64,000 nucleotides of DNA from a virus, in the IMG/VR virus record IMGVR_UViG_3300024329_000007, positions 1-64,000 of that record; one strand, 5' to 3'. Below the pieces are notes generated by a model. It was given only the letters and a program-made list of their open reading frames with translations. It was not told the origin of the DNA and made no database searches. This document shows positions 55,390-64,000 of this stretch, in pieces. Positions within the stretch are counted from its first letter, which is position 1. Every line of letters begins with the position of its first letter. Position numbers and translations under genes: made by a program.

Positions 55390-58188
55390 TTATTTTACTT
55401 TTATCATATTACGTTTTACAACGTTTTTATTTCCATACGTGTCTTCGGCATTTAGCTCAATTGAGTAGAAACCAGACTCTTTAAAAATATAAGTCAGCCA
55501 CATATTATTATAGTATATATCATCATTTGCTGGGTTAGTTGCATGTTTAATACTCCATGTTGGATTTTTTAGACCCGGCATTTTAGAACTATCCACTGCA
55601 ATTGTTACATGAGTCGATCTTTCTACTTCTGCAAAATCTTTAAAAACCCTAGTATCATCGAACGTTGGATTATAATGTATGACATGTTGTAAGCCCTCAG
55701 TTATATATATTGGTTCCAGGTCTGTAGGCCCTTGTACTGATACAGAATCAAAATCATAATTCTTAGAATACTCTTTACCAACTGCTAAAATATAGTAAAA
55801 AGTTTCGCCACTTCCATTGTTATCTATATCAGCAAATACTGGATTGTAATTAAACTTACTAATGATAGGATCCATAGACGCATTAAGTTCATCTGTAATT
55901 GTTTGCCAAGCACTAATATCTAAACTACCAGATGGTGTTGGAGATGTAACAGTTATAGAACCAGTCTCAATTTCATTAGTACTAACATTTGTATGTGTAA
56001 TAGATAGAACTGTTCCTGTTTCAAGATCATCTATTTTAAAAGACGAAGTTTGATCTGGCCCCACTCTAGTAGAATCCCAAGAAAGATTTTTTGTATCAAA
56101 CCATCTATAAGAAGACTCTTCCCATCTATAAGGTCCAGTAGTTTCACTAAAACCAGTCTCGCTATAAATATCCTGATATCTTCGCACTGTAGAAAATCTA
56201 ATACCTTGGCTAATATCATGCTGATAATTAGCTCGATCTAGCGTTAAATAAAGTGCAGCAATATGTTCATCTACCGATGTCTTGTTATTTTGAGGATTGT
56301 CCCAATAACCACCAGCTTTACTCCAGTCTAATTTTGTATCGTCCCATGTAAAAGACTCTAGCCATTTATAAATACCATACAATTCAATATCTTTTAAATT
56401 AACTTCAAACAAATCGTCTATTTTATAATAAGACCTATGTCCAAATAAATCATAAGTTCTCATCTCTACACTATATACATCATTGTGCGGAATGAAAATC
56501 GGTAATCTTAAATAATCATCAATTGCTCCTCTAAAACTTTGATTATACCCATTTCTACCCGTAACTATCCATTCTATTTCATATACCCATTTTTTCCACC
56601 AGTTTTCCCAAGTTACACCAGAGTGTAGTTGTTCAATTCCGTTTGGTACTGGATCATTTCCATCTGGATCTGCATCTTCCCATGTAAAAAGGGCCTCATC
56701 CCATATATCATCAAACGATGGAATTCCATTAAGTATAATAGGACATCCAACTGGAGTGCCCTCATTCCAAGTTTCTAAAGTTCTATCATGATAGTTTTCA
56801 TAGAATGCATCTACAATATCTCTTAACTCAGTGATTTCACTAGAAGTAAGTGTAGAATAATCTATATCACGGTAATTTAAAAACTTTACGTAATTATTTG
56901 TAGCATCATTTTGATCTAAAACATTACCAATTACCAGTGCCATATCTTCAATAAAAATAGATCTTTCTTCTTGGTCTATTTTAAAATCAATATTATGACC
57001 CTCACTAAAATAAGATATTGCATTTTGAGTATTCCACACATTTATATTTTTTTGTGTAAAATAATCACCTTCTGCTGTAATATCAATAATCTTAGCGTTA
57101 AGGGGTAAAAAATCTAATTGTAACTTTTTAGATAATCCATATAATTTAAGTAGAATTTCTTCTGGTGTAAAATCAAAAATCTCAGTTACATTTGGGATAT
57201 CCCACTCATCATAAGTTCCGTTTGGTTCATTAAGCCTATAAACAAGACTAAATTTACTAGTCTTTTTCATTGTTTTAGAAGGAGTCTGAATAACCTGCTT
57301 CTTTCTAGTCATTTCACCCCTAACTGAAGAGTTAGGTACTGGAACTGCATGTAATTTACCAAAATTACTTTTAGAAGAATCTACATTTAACCAATATTCT
57401 TTTAATGTAATATTATTATACCCAAAGAAATCAATTGCGTTTAAGATTGCTTTATATGTACCAACAAACGGCTTAATATTGTGTAACTCTAATAAGAGTT
57501 CTTTTCTTTTTTGATTTAATAAAATGTTATCTGGCGACATTTCAGAAAGATCATGACTTTTAAATAAAAGAAAATCACCTTCACTTAAAGTAGCTCCAAA
57601 ATTCTGTAAAAGATTTTTTAATCTTTCATCTTCAGCAACAACTTCACCATAAAATGAAATTGAAGCTATCATATTTTTTGAACTTCCTTCTTTTATATAG
57701 ACATTTAATATTCTAACATGAGCACCTTCAAATTCAGATTTAATAGCAATATTAACCTGAAGTGCTGATGTATTATTTTTAGAATCATTAATAATGTAAT
57801 AACCTTCTGGGTTTGTGCTATCAACATCACTAAAATCTCCAAGATTAATTTCAACTGTTTTTTTCTCTGTAACTATCGGTAATCCATTTTGCATTTCTGC
57901 ATCATACATAAAAATATCATCACTATGGTTTGAATTATTTTCTGTTGCCCATTCAAAACAAAGAATTGCTGGAGTGCTAGATTCTGACCTAGGATAATTA
58001 AATGTAAAATTATTTCTATGGATAACTTCCTCTAATACAAATATATTAGAAGTTTCATAAAGCCCTGTCGATACCTCATCTAAAAAAACACTACCCTGTA
58101 AGAAACTATCACTATAACTTGAAGATTTAGTCTTCAAATTTAAGTCATTTTCAGTGTCTTTAAAAAATCTTAAATTATTATAAGCCAT
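55390..58188 (-). CDS. Baseplate wedge-associated protein (gp7-like segment) with PKD-like C-terminus
   Basis: KELL...IKPFVGTYKAILNAIDFFG.....KEYW; C-terminal YIFKESGFYSIEL..ED.YGN. Confidence 0.6.
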   Translation of the reverse strand: MAYNNLRFFKDTENDLNLKTKSSSYSDSFLQGSVFLDEVSTGLYETSNIFVLEEVIHRNNFTFNYPRSESSTPAILCFEWATENNSNHSDDIFMYDAEMQNGLPIVTEKKTVEINLGDFSDVDSTNPEGYYIINDSKNNTSALQVNIAIKSEFEGAHVRILNVYIKEGSSKNMIASISFYGEVVAEDERLKNLLQNFGATLSEGDFLLFKSHDLSEMSPDNILLNQKRKELLLELHNIKPFVGTYKAILNAIDFFGYNNITLKEYWLNVDSSKSNFGKLHAVPVPNSSVRGEMTRKKQVIQTPSKTMKKTSKFSLVYRLNEPNGTYDEWDIPNVTEIFDFTPEEILLKLYGLSKKLQLDFLPLNAKIIDITAEGDYFTQKNINVWNTQNAISYFSEGHNIDFKIDQEERSIFIEDMALVIGNVLDQNDATNNYVKFLNYRDIDYSTLTSSEITELRDIVDAFYENYHDRTLETWNEGTPVGCPIILNGIPSFDDIWDEALFTWEDADPDGNDPVPNGIEQLHSGVTWENWWKKWVYEIEWIVTGRNGYNQSFRGAIDDYLRLPIFIPHNDVYSVEMRTYDLFGHRSYYKIDDLFEVNLKDIELYGIYKWLESFTWDDTKLDWSKAGGYWDNPQNNKTSVDEHIAALYLTLDRANYQHDISQGIRFSTVRRYQDIYSETGFSETTGPYRWEESSYRWFDTKNLSWDSTRVGPDQTSSFKIDDLETGTVLSITHTNVSTNEIETGSITVTSPTPSGSLDISAWQTITDELNASMDPIISKFNYNPVFADIDNNGSGETFYYILAVGKEYSKNYDFDSVSVQGPTDLEPIYITEGLQHVIHYNPTFDDTRVFKDFAEVERSTHVTIAVDSSKMPGLKNPTWSIKHATNPANDDIYYNNMWLTYIFKESGFYSIELNAEDTYGNKNVVKRNMIKVK

Positions 58189-58469
58189 TATCTAACGTTT
58201 ATGTCGTCTTTTTTAGTAGTGTAATTTTTAAAGTTCTTTAAGTATGCCGGTGCTTTTAAAATATTACCAAGCGATCTATCTATATAAAAAACAAAATTTG
58301 CAAGTATCTTACTCCTTAAAATAAATGGAGATACTGAATTACTTAAAATACCCGCAAGCCTAGTAGGAACTCCATTGTTTAATCTAGAATCCTTTCTAGT
58401 ATTAGAAGCTTCATAAAGCTTAGTATTAAGCGCAGCATTTGATTTTGTTTTATTAAGATCCTTCCTCAT
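58188..58469 (-). CDS. Hypothetical protein in the baseplate operon
   Basis: Translationally coupled on both sides. Confidence 0.6.
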   Translation of the reverse strand: MRKDLNKTKSNAALNTKLYEASNTRKDSRLNNGVPTRLAGILSNSVSPFILRSKILANFVFYIDRSLGNILKAPAYLKNFKNYTTKKDDINVR

Positions 58470-60301
58470 TACTTAAGTGCTTTTCTATTTCCTGCCTGTA
58501 CCCTAGTGTAAATTGTTCTAGGTACTGGAGTTGAGTCAAAGTTAATACTTAATGCTGCCTCTTCATTCATAAGAGCATCATCTACAATTACATCACCATC
58601 TCTATCTTGCCAACCTCCTCTAAATACTGCAACTTCTTCTTTATCCATAATAATATCACCCCATTGATCTAATCCAGCCACATCTTCTGGGATTGTAGTA
58701 GTATCATCAACTCTTACGACATTTACAGTTTCTAATTTTTTAAAGAACACATATTTCTGTTTACCATTTCCAATATCTTCTAATAATACTGGCTCTTGTG
58801 GCTGTACTTGTGTTGTAATTGATTCATAATAACCAAGTCTTCTAGCTGTTTCTTCAGTTTCAGAAATAAATCTAACATTTACTGAATCAATACCTTCTAT
58901 TTCTTCTAAGATGTAAATAATATCAGACTTAGGTAGTTTATCTCTTCTTGTTATATTTAATAAGTAATCAGAAACAACAGCCCTAACATCATTAAAAATA
59001 TCTTGTTTACTAAATCCTTCAAAATATCTAATATCAATATCCATTGAATATTTTCTAATTTGTGGCTTTACAAAATTAACTTCTGTCGTTACCATCATTT
59101 GACCAGAGTCTTCTAACACTTTTAACATTGCGTCATATTCCTCTTGTGCAAAAAACATTTCTTTTTCTGGCATTGAAAAATAATCACCGCCTTTAGAAAC
59201 TTTTTTCTTAATATCCGGAGTTGCAAAAATATAAATAACATTATCGTCGTCTAAGTATTGGTCGTCAGTTCTATTATAAGCGTCAATATAAGAGAAGATA
59301 CCATACTTAGAAAGAAAGTATTCATAATTATCTGGAGTAGCCAACACAAAGCTCTTAGAGGCCATAGGAGTTAATATCTTTGTAAAGTCAATAGATTCTC
59401 TATTAGCTCCCATCTTTGGCGAAGAAGTTACTTCAACATTTAATAGTTCATTAAGGTCATGTAATGTTCCAGTTGAATCTTCACCTTCAACTTTCCATTT
59501 AACTTTTAATTCACCGGAATCATTAAGATTACCTTGAGCACCTTTATGTTTTAAATATTCTACTTCTACAATAGCGCCTTTATTTGGTATAGCACCAAAA
59601 TTAGAGTTACCAAAATAAATATCTAACCCACCAGAAATTCCAGTCTTAATTAGATAGCCTTTTTCATTTGGTAGTAAATCATATAAAGATTCATGCTTAG
59701 TCCACTGTTCTCCATTAACACTAATAGTAACTCTATTATGATCTGTTAAACCGCTGCCAGTTTTACAGTTAAAAGATTGCATCGATTCACCAGTACTAGT
59801 AAACGTTTGTTTTTCAAAAACACCCTGTACGATTCCACATGTAGTCCAGTTAAAATCTGATTTAGAAATTCTAAAGGCATCCCTAGAAGTTAATAATGTG
59901 TAGAACAATCCATTTGATTCAAACTCAAGTTCGGCTCTACCATCTATAACTAATCCATTTCCGGCAATATCTCCTAAACTTGCAGATGGACTCCATCTAA
60001 ATCTAATTTCACCAAATGCAGAATAACCTCTTGTCGCATCATGTCCAGTTAATCTAGACATTCCATATACAGATTCCGGATGTTGTGCTGTATAAATATT
60101 TTGTTCAACTAACGCATCTTCAATATAAAACATGATAAGCTCAGTTATTTCAGATAGAACTAAAACAATTTGAGCAAACGGAGAAGCCGTAGTAAATAAT
60201 GTACCAGCTCTTTTATATGCTGATATAATATAATTACGTGCGTCCTCTCTAATTTTATTAGAAGTAATTCTTAGTGTATTTAAAAAATTTTGTTCAGCCA
60301 T
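58469..60301 (-). CDS. 6: Baseplate wedge subunit (T4 gp6/baseplate J-like)
   Basis: TAQ...SV....G, IYFGN..FG.IP..G..V.VEY....G..GN, G...ES, TPDNYE; follows gp25. Confidence 0.8.
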   Translation of the reverse strand: MAEQNFLNTLRITSNKIREDARNYIISAYKRAGTLFTTASPFAQIVLVLSEITELIMFYIEDALVEQNIYTAQHPESVYGMSRLTGHDATRGYSAFGEIRFRWSPSASLGDIAGNGLVIDGRAELEFESNGLFYTLLTSRDAFRISKSDFNWTTCGIVQGVFEKQTFTSTGESMQSFNCKTGSGLTDHNRVTISVNGEQWTKHESLYDLLPNEKGYLIKTGISGGLDIYFGNSNFGAIPNKGAIVEVEYLKHKGAQGNLNDSGELKVKWKVEGEDSTGTLHDLNELLNVEVTSSPKMGANRESIDFTKILTPMASKSFVLATPDNYEYFLSKYGIFSYIDAYNRTDDQYLDDDNVIYIFATPDIKKKVSKGGDYFSMPEKEMFFAQEEYDAMLKVLEDSGQMMVTTEVNFVKPQIRKYSMDIDIRYFEGFSKQDIFNDVRAVVSDYLLNITRRDKLPKSDIIYILEEIEGIDSVNVRFISETEETARRLGYYESITTQVQPQEPVLLEDIGNGKQKYVFFKKLETVNVVRVDDTTTIPEDVAGLDQWGDIIMDKEEVAVFRGGWQDRDGDVIVDDALMNEEAALSINFDSTPVPRTIYTRVQAGNRKALK

Positions 60302-60317
60302 TTTTTGTTATTATAAT

Positions 60318-60671
60318 TTACGTACGAACTGAGACTTCATACTTATTATCTATCTCAATATTAATGTACCCTATATCTCTTGCATTTCCTCTTTCAAAAG
60401 AAACATTAATTTTAACTTTATGTTTATTCGCTAATGGACAATATGTATTTAATTGACTTCTTATTTGCTTTTTAATTTTATATTCAGCAAAACCAAATGT
60501 ATATATCATATCTCCTAAGTTACAACCAAAGTCCGGAAATCCTAAAACATCACCCTTTCTAGTAAATAGAATAGTTTCAATTTGAGTAATTAATTGTTGA
60601 ACTTCGTCTTCAATATGTACTTTAGTTGCGTCAAAATTTGGGTCGCCATTGACTTTAATATAGATCTCCAT
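60318..60671 (-). CDS. 25: Baseplate wedge subunit gp25/GpW-like
   Basis: IETILFTRKGD....PDFGCNL. Confidence 0.88.
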   Translation of the reverse strand: MEIYIKVNGDPNFDATKVHIEDEVQQLITQIETILFTRKGDVLGFPDFGCNLGDMIYTFGFAEYKIKKQIRSQLNTYCPLANKHKVKINVSFERGNARDIGYINIEIDNKYEVSVRT

Positions 60672-60689
60672 TTTATATGTATTCGTTTT

Positions 60690-61556
60690 TTATGAGTGCA
60701 TCATCCAATCAACACCTTCATCACCTTTAATTTCTTCTTCAATTATAGATAATTCTTCATCACCCATATCTTTTATAGCTCCATAATCAAATTCAACATT
60801 ACCAGGCATTGCAAATTTAAAGATACCTAATTTTGCACCAAGTGATTGTTTAATCTTAGCACTTACGTATCTAAAAAATAACTCATCATCAAATAAAGCA
60901 CAATCGTGAATAGTCTCATATACCTCTAATATCACATCGCCCTTTGGAGTATCTCCCATAATTTTTAAATCACCTGTTAGTTGTGAGTAATGAAATGAAA
61001 TAGGATTTTCTAGAATCTGTCTAGACAGATCAGCCATAGAAGCATTCAATACATAATATTGTAATTCTTCAGCAGCATCTGCAGCTCCAGCACCATCGTA
61101 CATTCTTCTAAATAACATTCTTTCCATAGAGAAGTCAGATCCACCTTGGAATCTTTTATCCATACCACTACCAACGCCATTCCAGCCTGATGCTAAATCA
61201 TAAAGCCCATATACTGAATAAACAGATCCACCTAAGTCTTTCTTATTTCCTTCAGCATCACTAGAAGCTGCACCTGGCAAAGTTAGAGTCCTATGTTTCT
61301 TAAAGTATTCAGTCTCAAATATTTCATTAGGTATATGATAATAATTCTCCTTAAGAGAATATTCATATTTTTTATACATCCACTTTTTAGCTCTTTTAAT
61401 AATATTAAGAACTTCCTTTGGTGGTAATTGTATTGGAATCATACAAGCTCCAGAAATATCATCCTGAATTTCTGTGAGAAATTCATTTAAACAGTTTGAA
61501 CCAAAGTCTCTTGGTGTATTTAAATTACTTTCATTTCCACTTCTAATTTCACTCAT
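60690..61556 (-). CDS. 13: Neck/head-completion protein (T4 gp13-like)
   Basis: FFRYVSAKIKQSLG.KL..F...MPG.V.F....I...G.EE...IEEE. Confidence 0.75.
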   Translation of the reverse strand: MSEIRSGNESNLNTPRDFGSNCLNEFLTEIQDDISGACMIPIQLPPKEVLNIIKRAKKWMYKKYEYSLKENYYHIPNEIFETEYFKKHRTLTLPGAASSDAEGNKKDLGGSVYSVYGLYDLASGWNGVGSGMDKRFQGGSDFSMERMLFRRMYDGAGAADAAEELQYYVLNASMADLSRQILENPISFHYSQLTGDLKIMGDTPKGDVILEVYETIHDCALFDDELFFRYVSAKIKQSLGAKLGIFKFAMPGNVEFDYGAIKDMGDEELSIIEEEIKGDEGVDWMMHS

Positions 61557-61560
61557 TTTG

Positions 61561-62868
61561 TTATTTTATTTTTTTACTTACTACTATTTCGGTATCTTCA
61601 AATCTAGCAGCATCGCTTTTAAAACCTTCTCTAAAAATACCCCCAATCATTTTACCTTTAAAGATTCCATCTCTACCAAAGACATAACAATTAGTTAACT
61701 CGCAACTTCCATGTACATAAGAAGATTCTATTTTAGATTCAAATACTTCAGTAGATCTATATAAATCACATCTTAATAAATTAGCGCCCTTAACGGTACA
61801 TCCATATAAATTAGACGTTTCAATATTACCAGCCAATTCACAGTCTACAAAATCATATCCTTCTAATAAATAACAGATTCCAAATTTACCATCTTTAACC
61901 TGTATTTTTCCTAAGTCGCTATCATAATTAATTTTACCAGAAACCATGCCACCATTTACAATAAGATCCATTACTTTTTTCTTTATCTTAGCCCACTGTA
62001 ATTGTATAATTTGTTCATGTTCTTGTAGGTCTACCATAATTGTAATTTCAGGCCAATATTTATTAATATTTTTCCAATCTTTACTACTTTCTATTATTGG
62101 TAAATTTTTATTAAGAATCTTTCTAAGCTCAATCTTATTTTCTTCGTTAAAAAGAGGGCTATTGCAAGAGTTCCACATTTGCATTAAAAACATTTCAGAA
62201 AGATAAAAAATGTTTTCAGATTTTTTTTCATAATCTGCGCCACCTAAATATCTAAATTCTAGATAATTACTTTCTTTCTTTGAAAAGTTAATTCCATAGT
62301 ATTTTGTATCTGCAAATTTATAACTCATAGATGAAATATTACTACCATCAAAAAAGTAGGCTTCATCTTTAGGCATAATCCATTTAATACTTTTTGCATA
62401 AACAGACTTTTCTCTTTTAGGGAAGAATTTATATACTTGTTGCTCATTAAAATCAAGAATGAATTTTAAAACATTCATTTTTGAAATCATCGCAGGATCC
62501 TCTAAATATTTTTTATCAAATGAAAGATTAATATGTATAGATGCTCTGTCATTAGTATAGCCATTCTCATTAATCCAGTTTAAAACATTAGAAATCATAA
62601 TCCTAGCGTTTCTATATGGAACAGGCCCTGTTACTAATTCTACCAAGCCTTTACCACCAGACATATCTGGTTCTAATTTAAACTCATCAGCAGATGGTTG
62701 AAAATCAGAATGGGCTTTATCTTCAAGCCTAATAGGTCGGCCTAGGAGTTTACTCAATGATTTTTGAGTCTCTTCTAGGCCGATATTAGAATAGAATTCG
62801 AACTCGACACCTACTAGCGCTGCGTTCAGTATAGAGTTGCGATCTGAATTCTTATTTAATTTTTTCAT
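61561..62868 (-). CDS. Putative amidoligase (COOH-NH2 ligase, Amidoligase_2-like) with a C-terminal beta-helix-like tail
   Basis: GVEFEF, ELVTGP, SIHINLS, KYYGINF, LEFR; C-terminal repeating hydrophobic-x-x-(C/S) units. Confidence 0.8.
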   Translation of the reverse strand: MKKLNKNSDRNSILNAALVGVEFEFYSNIGLEETQKSLSKLLGRPIRLEDKAHSDFQPSADEFKLEPDMSGGKGLVELVTGPVPYRNARIMISNVLNWINENGYTNDRASIHINLSFDKKYLEDPAMISKMNVLKFILDFNEQQVYKFFPKREKSVYAKSIKWIMPKDEAYFFDGSNISSMSYKFADTKYYGINFSKKESNYLEFRYLGGADYEKKSENIFYLSEMFLMQMWNSCNSPLFNEENKIELRKILNKNLPIIESSKDWKNINKYWPEITIMVDLQEHEQIIQLQWAKIKKKVMDLIVNGGMVSGKINYDSDLGKIQVKDGKFGICYLLEGYDFVDCELAGNIETSNLYGCTVKGANLLRCDLYRSTEVFESKIESSYVHGSCELTNCYVFGRDGIFKGKMIGGIFREGFKSDAARFEDTEIVVSKKIK

Positions 62869-62893
62869 CTTAGAGTATGATATTACGTTTCAA

Positions 62894-62901
62894 TATATAT
62901 C
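62894..62901 (-). promoter_or_regulatory. GATATATA late-type promoter
   Basis: Intergenic, about 25 nt upstream of the amidoligase start. Confidence 0.6.
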
Positions 62902-62919
62902 ACACTTAAAATGCTTTAG

Positions 62920-64000
62920 TTATTGTGGCATCTTTAAAAATACCTTTTTACTCTCCGTATCGATTCTTGTGATTTGTACTGTAATTTTATCACCAGAATT
63001 AAAGACGTCTATTAAGCCATCTTCAAGTTCACTAATATGTAATAAACCAGTAACACCATCTTCAATATTTATAAATAAACCATACTCTTTTTTAGTCTTA
63101 ATCGTTGCCTCGACAGTCGATGGAATTTGATATCTTTCAATAATATCATTCCATGGATTAGAGACTACGTTATCTTTTTGAGTTAGTGTAATTTTAGTGT
63201 TAGAAATAATATCTTTTACTTTAAATTTAATTTCATCACCTGGTTTAATATCTCTAGACTTAAACGCCGGGAGCGTTAATTCATCTAGGTCATTAATGTG
63301 TATCATACCAGTAAGACATTTATTAAATTCAACAAATACGCCATATCTAGCAGAGCCAGTAACTGTACCAGTATATTCTTCTCCCATATTATCTTTAATG
63401 GCCTGAATTTCTGTTGGTATTAGTGCTTGTAAATATTTTCTATGTGAAACCACAATAGTTCCTCTATCTGCTGAGAAGCTTACAGGTACTACATAAATTT
63501 CAGTACCAATAATAGATTCAAAGTCGTGAAGTTTATTAATTCCAGCAAGTGAACCTGGCATAAAGCATTCTACTCCTTGAACTTCTATAATATAACCACC
63601 ATTCTCGATCATGTTTTTAACAGTACCAACCCAAGCAGTATTACCTTCTTCAACTCCAGCTCTTAAGTCTAAGAATACCTTATGTTTTACACCACCTGAA
63701 ATCGAACCAAGTACATGTGTGTTATTTTTATTAGAAGTAATTAAAACTGCAGTTTCTTCTCCTGGTTGTAGTGCTTTAACAAGAGCAGTCTCTTTATCAT
63801 ACTTAACATAAATCAATTCTCTATAGCCAATATCGACTGAAATAAATTCTTGATTTACAGCAAAGATCTTACCTTCATATATAGAACCTTCTGTAATTAA
63901 TGGTAAGAGAGGATTTTGCTGATTAGCATGTTCCATAAGATCATAAAGTTCTTGAGCATAAGATTCTCTCGAATATACTCTATCTCCTTTTTTAGTCTTA
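62920..64000 (-). CDS. rpsA: Phage-encoded ribosomal protein bS1 homologue (5' end truncated by the window)
   Basis: Four tandem S1/OB repeats (GGYII...CFMPGS, VVSHRK, YGVFV...GMIHI, YGLFI...GLLHISEL...RID...KVFL); the frame stays open from 63936 to the window edge. Confidence 0.88.
   Translation of the reverse strand, partial: KTKKGDRVYSRESYAQELYDLMEHANQQNPLLPLITEGSIYEGKIFAVNQEFISVDIGYRELIYVKYDKETALVKALQPGEETAVLITSNKNNTHVLGSISGGVKHKVFLDLRAGVEEGNTAWVGTVKNMIENGGYIIEVQGVECFMPGSLAGINKLHDFESIIGTEIYVVPVSFSADRGTIVVSHRKYLQALIPTEIQAIKDNMGEEYTGTVTGSARYGVFVEFNKCLTGMIHINDLDELTLPAFKSRDIKPGDEIKFKVKDIISNTKITLTQKDNVVSNPWNDIIERYQIPSTVEATIKTKKEYGLFINIEDGVTGLLHISELEDGLIDVFNSGDKITVQITRIDTESKKVFLKMPQ

Noticed and set aside
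386-63811. The many other short plus-strand ORFs in the track
   Set aside because: They overlap well-supported minus-strand genes or promoters, lack recognisable motifs and show the composition of antisense shadows
1-64000. Stop-codon reassignment as in some large phages
   Set aside because: Conserved genes are full length in the standard code, and TAG/TGA end genes at sensible positions (for example 3262, 2145)

Overview
AT-rich 64-kb fragment of a large T4-like (jumbo) myovirus genome. All convincing genes are on the minus strand and use the standard genetic code. Host is probably Bacteroidota/Flavobacteria (few Shine-Dalgarno sites, TAnnTTwG-type early promoter, Bacteroidota-phage-style spanin-like gene). 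In transcription order (right to left): a phage-encoded ribosomal protein bS1 and an amidoligase; a neck/baseplate/tail-fibre structural block (about 61.5-35.2 kb); RuvC-like resolvase, gp32, primase, UvsY and UvsW; a late operon (29.5-20.5 kb) of proteins with T4-type capsid-targeting N-termini, including two mosaic proteins cut into modules by repeated ESVV(N/T)E motifs (candidate protease-processed, virion-packaged polyproteins); a short early cassette with an unannotated ArfA-like peptide; a putative DNA base-hypermodification cluster (NTP pyrophosphatases, BGT-N/SGNH fusion, amino-acid:DNA transferase-like protein, PLP enzyme); a split family B DNA polymerase interrupted by nrdB, nrdA and the clamp; then UvsX, helicase, gp47, gp46 and a partial gp15-like gene. 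Three promoter classes can be read from the sequence. All family assignments come from motif recognition by eye; no searches were run.
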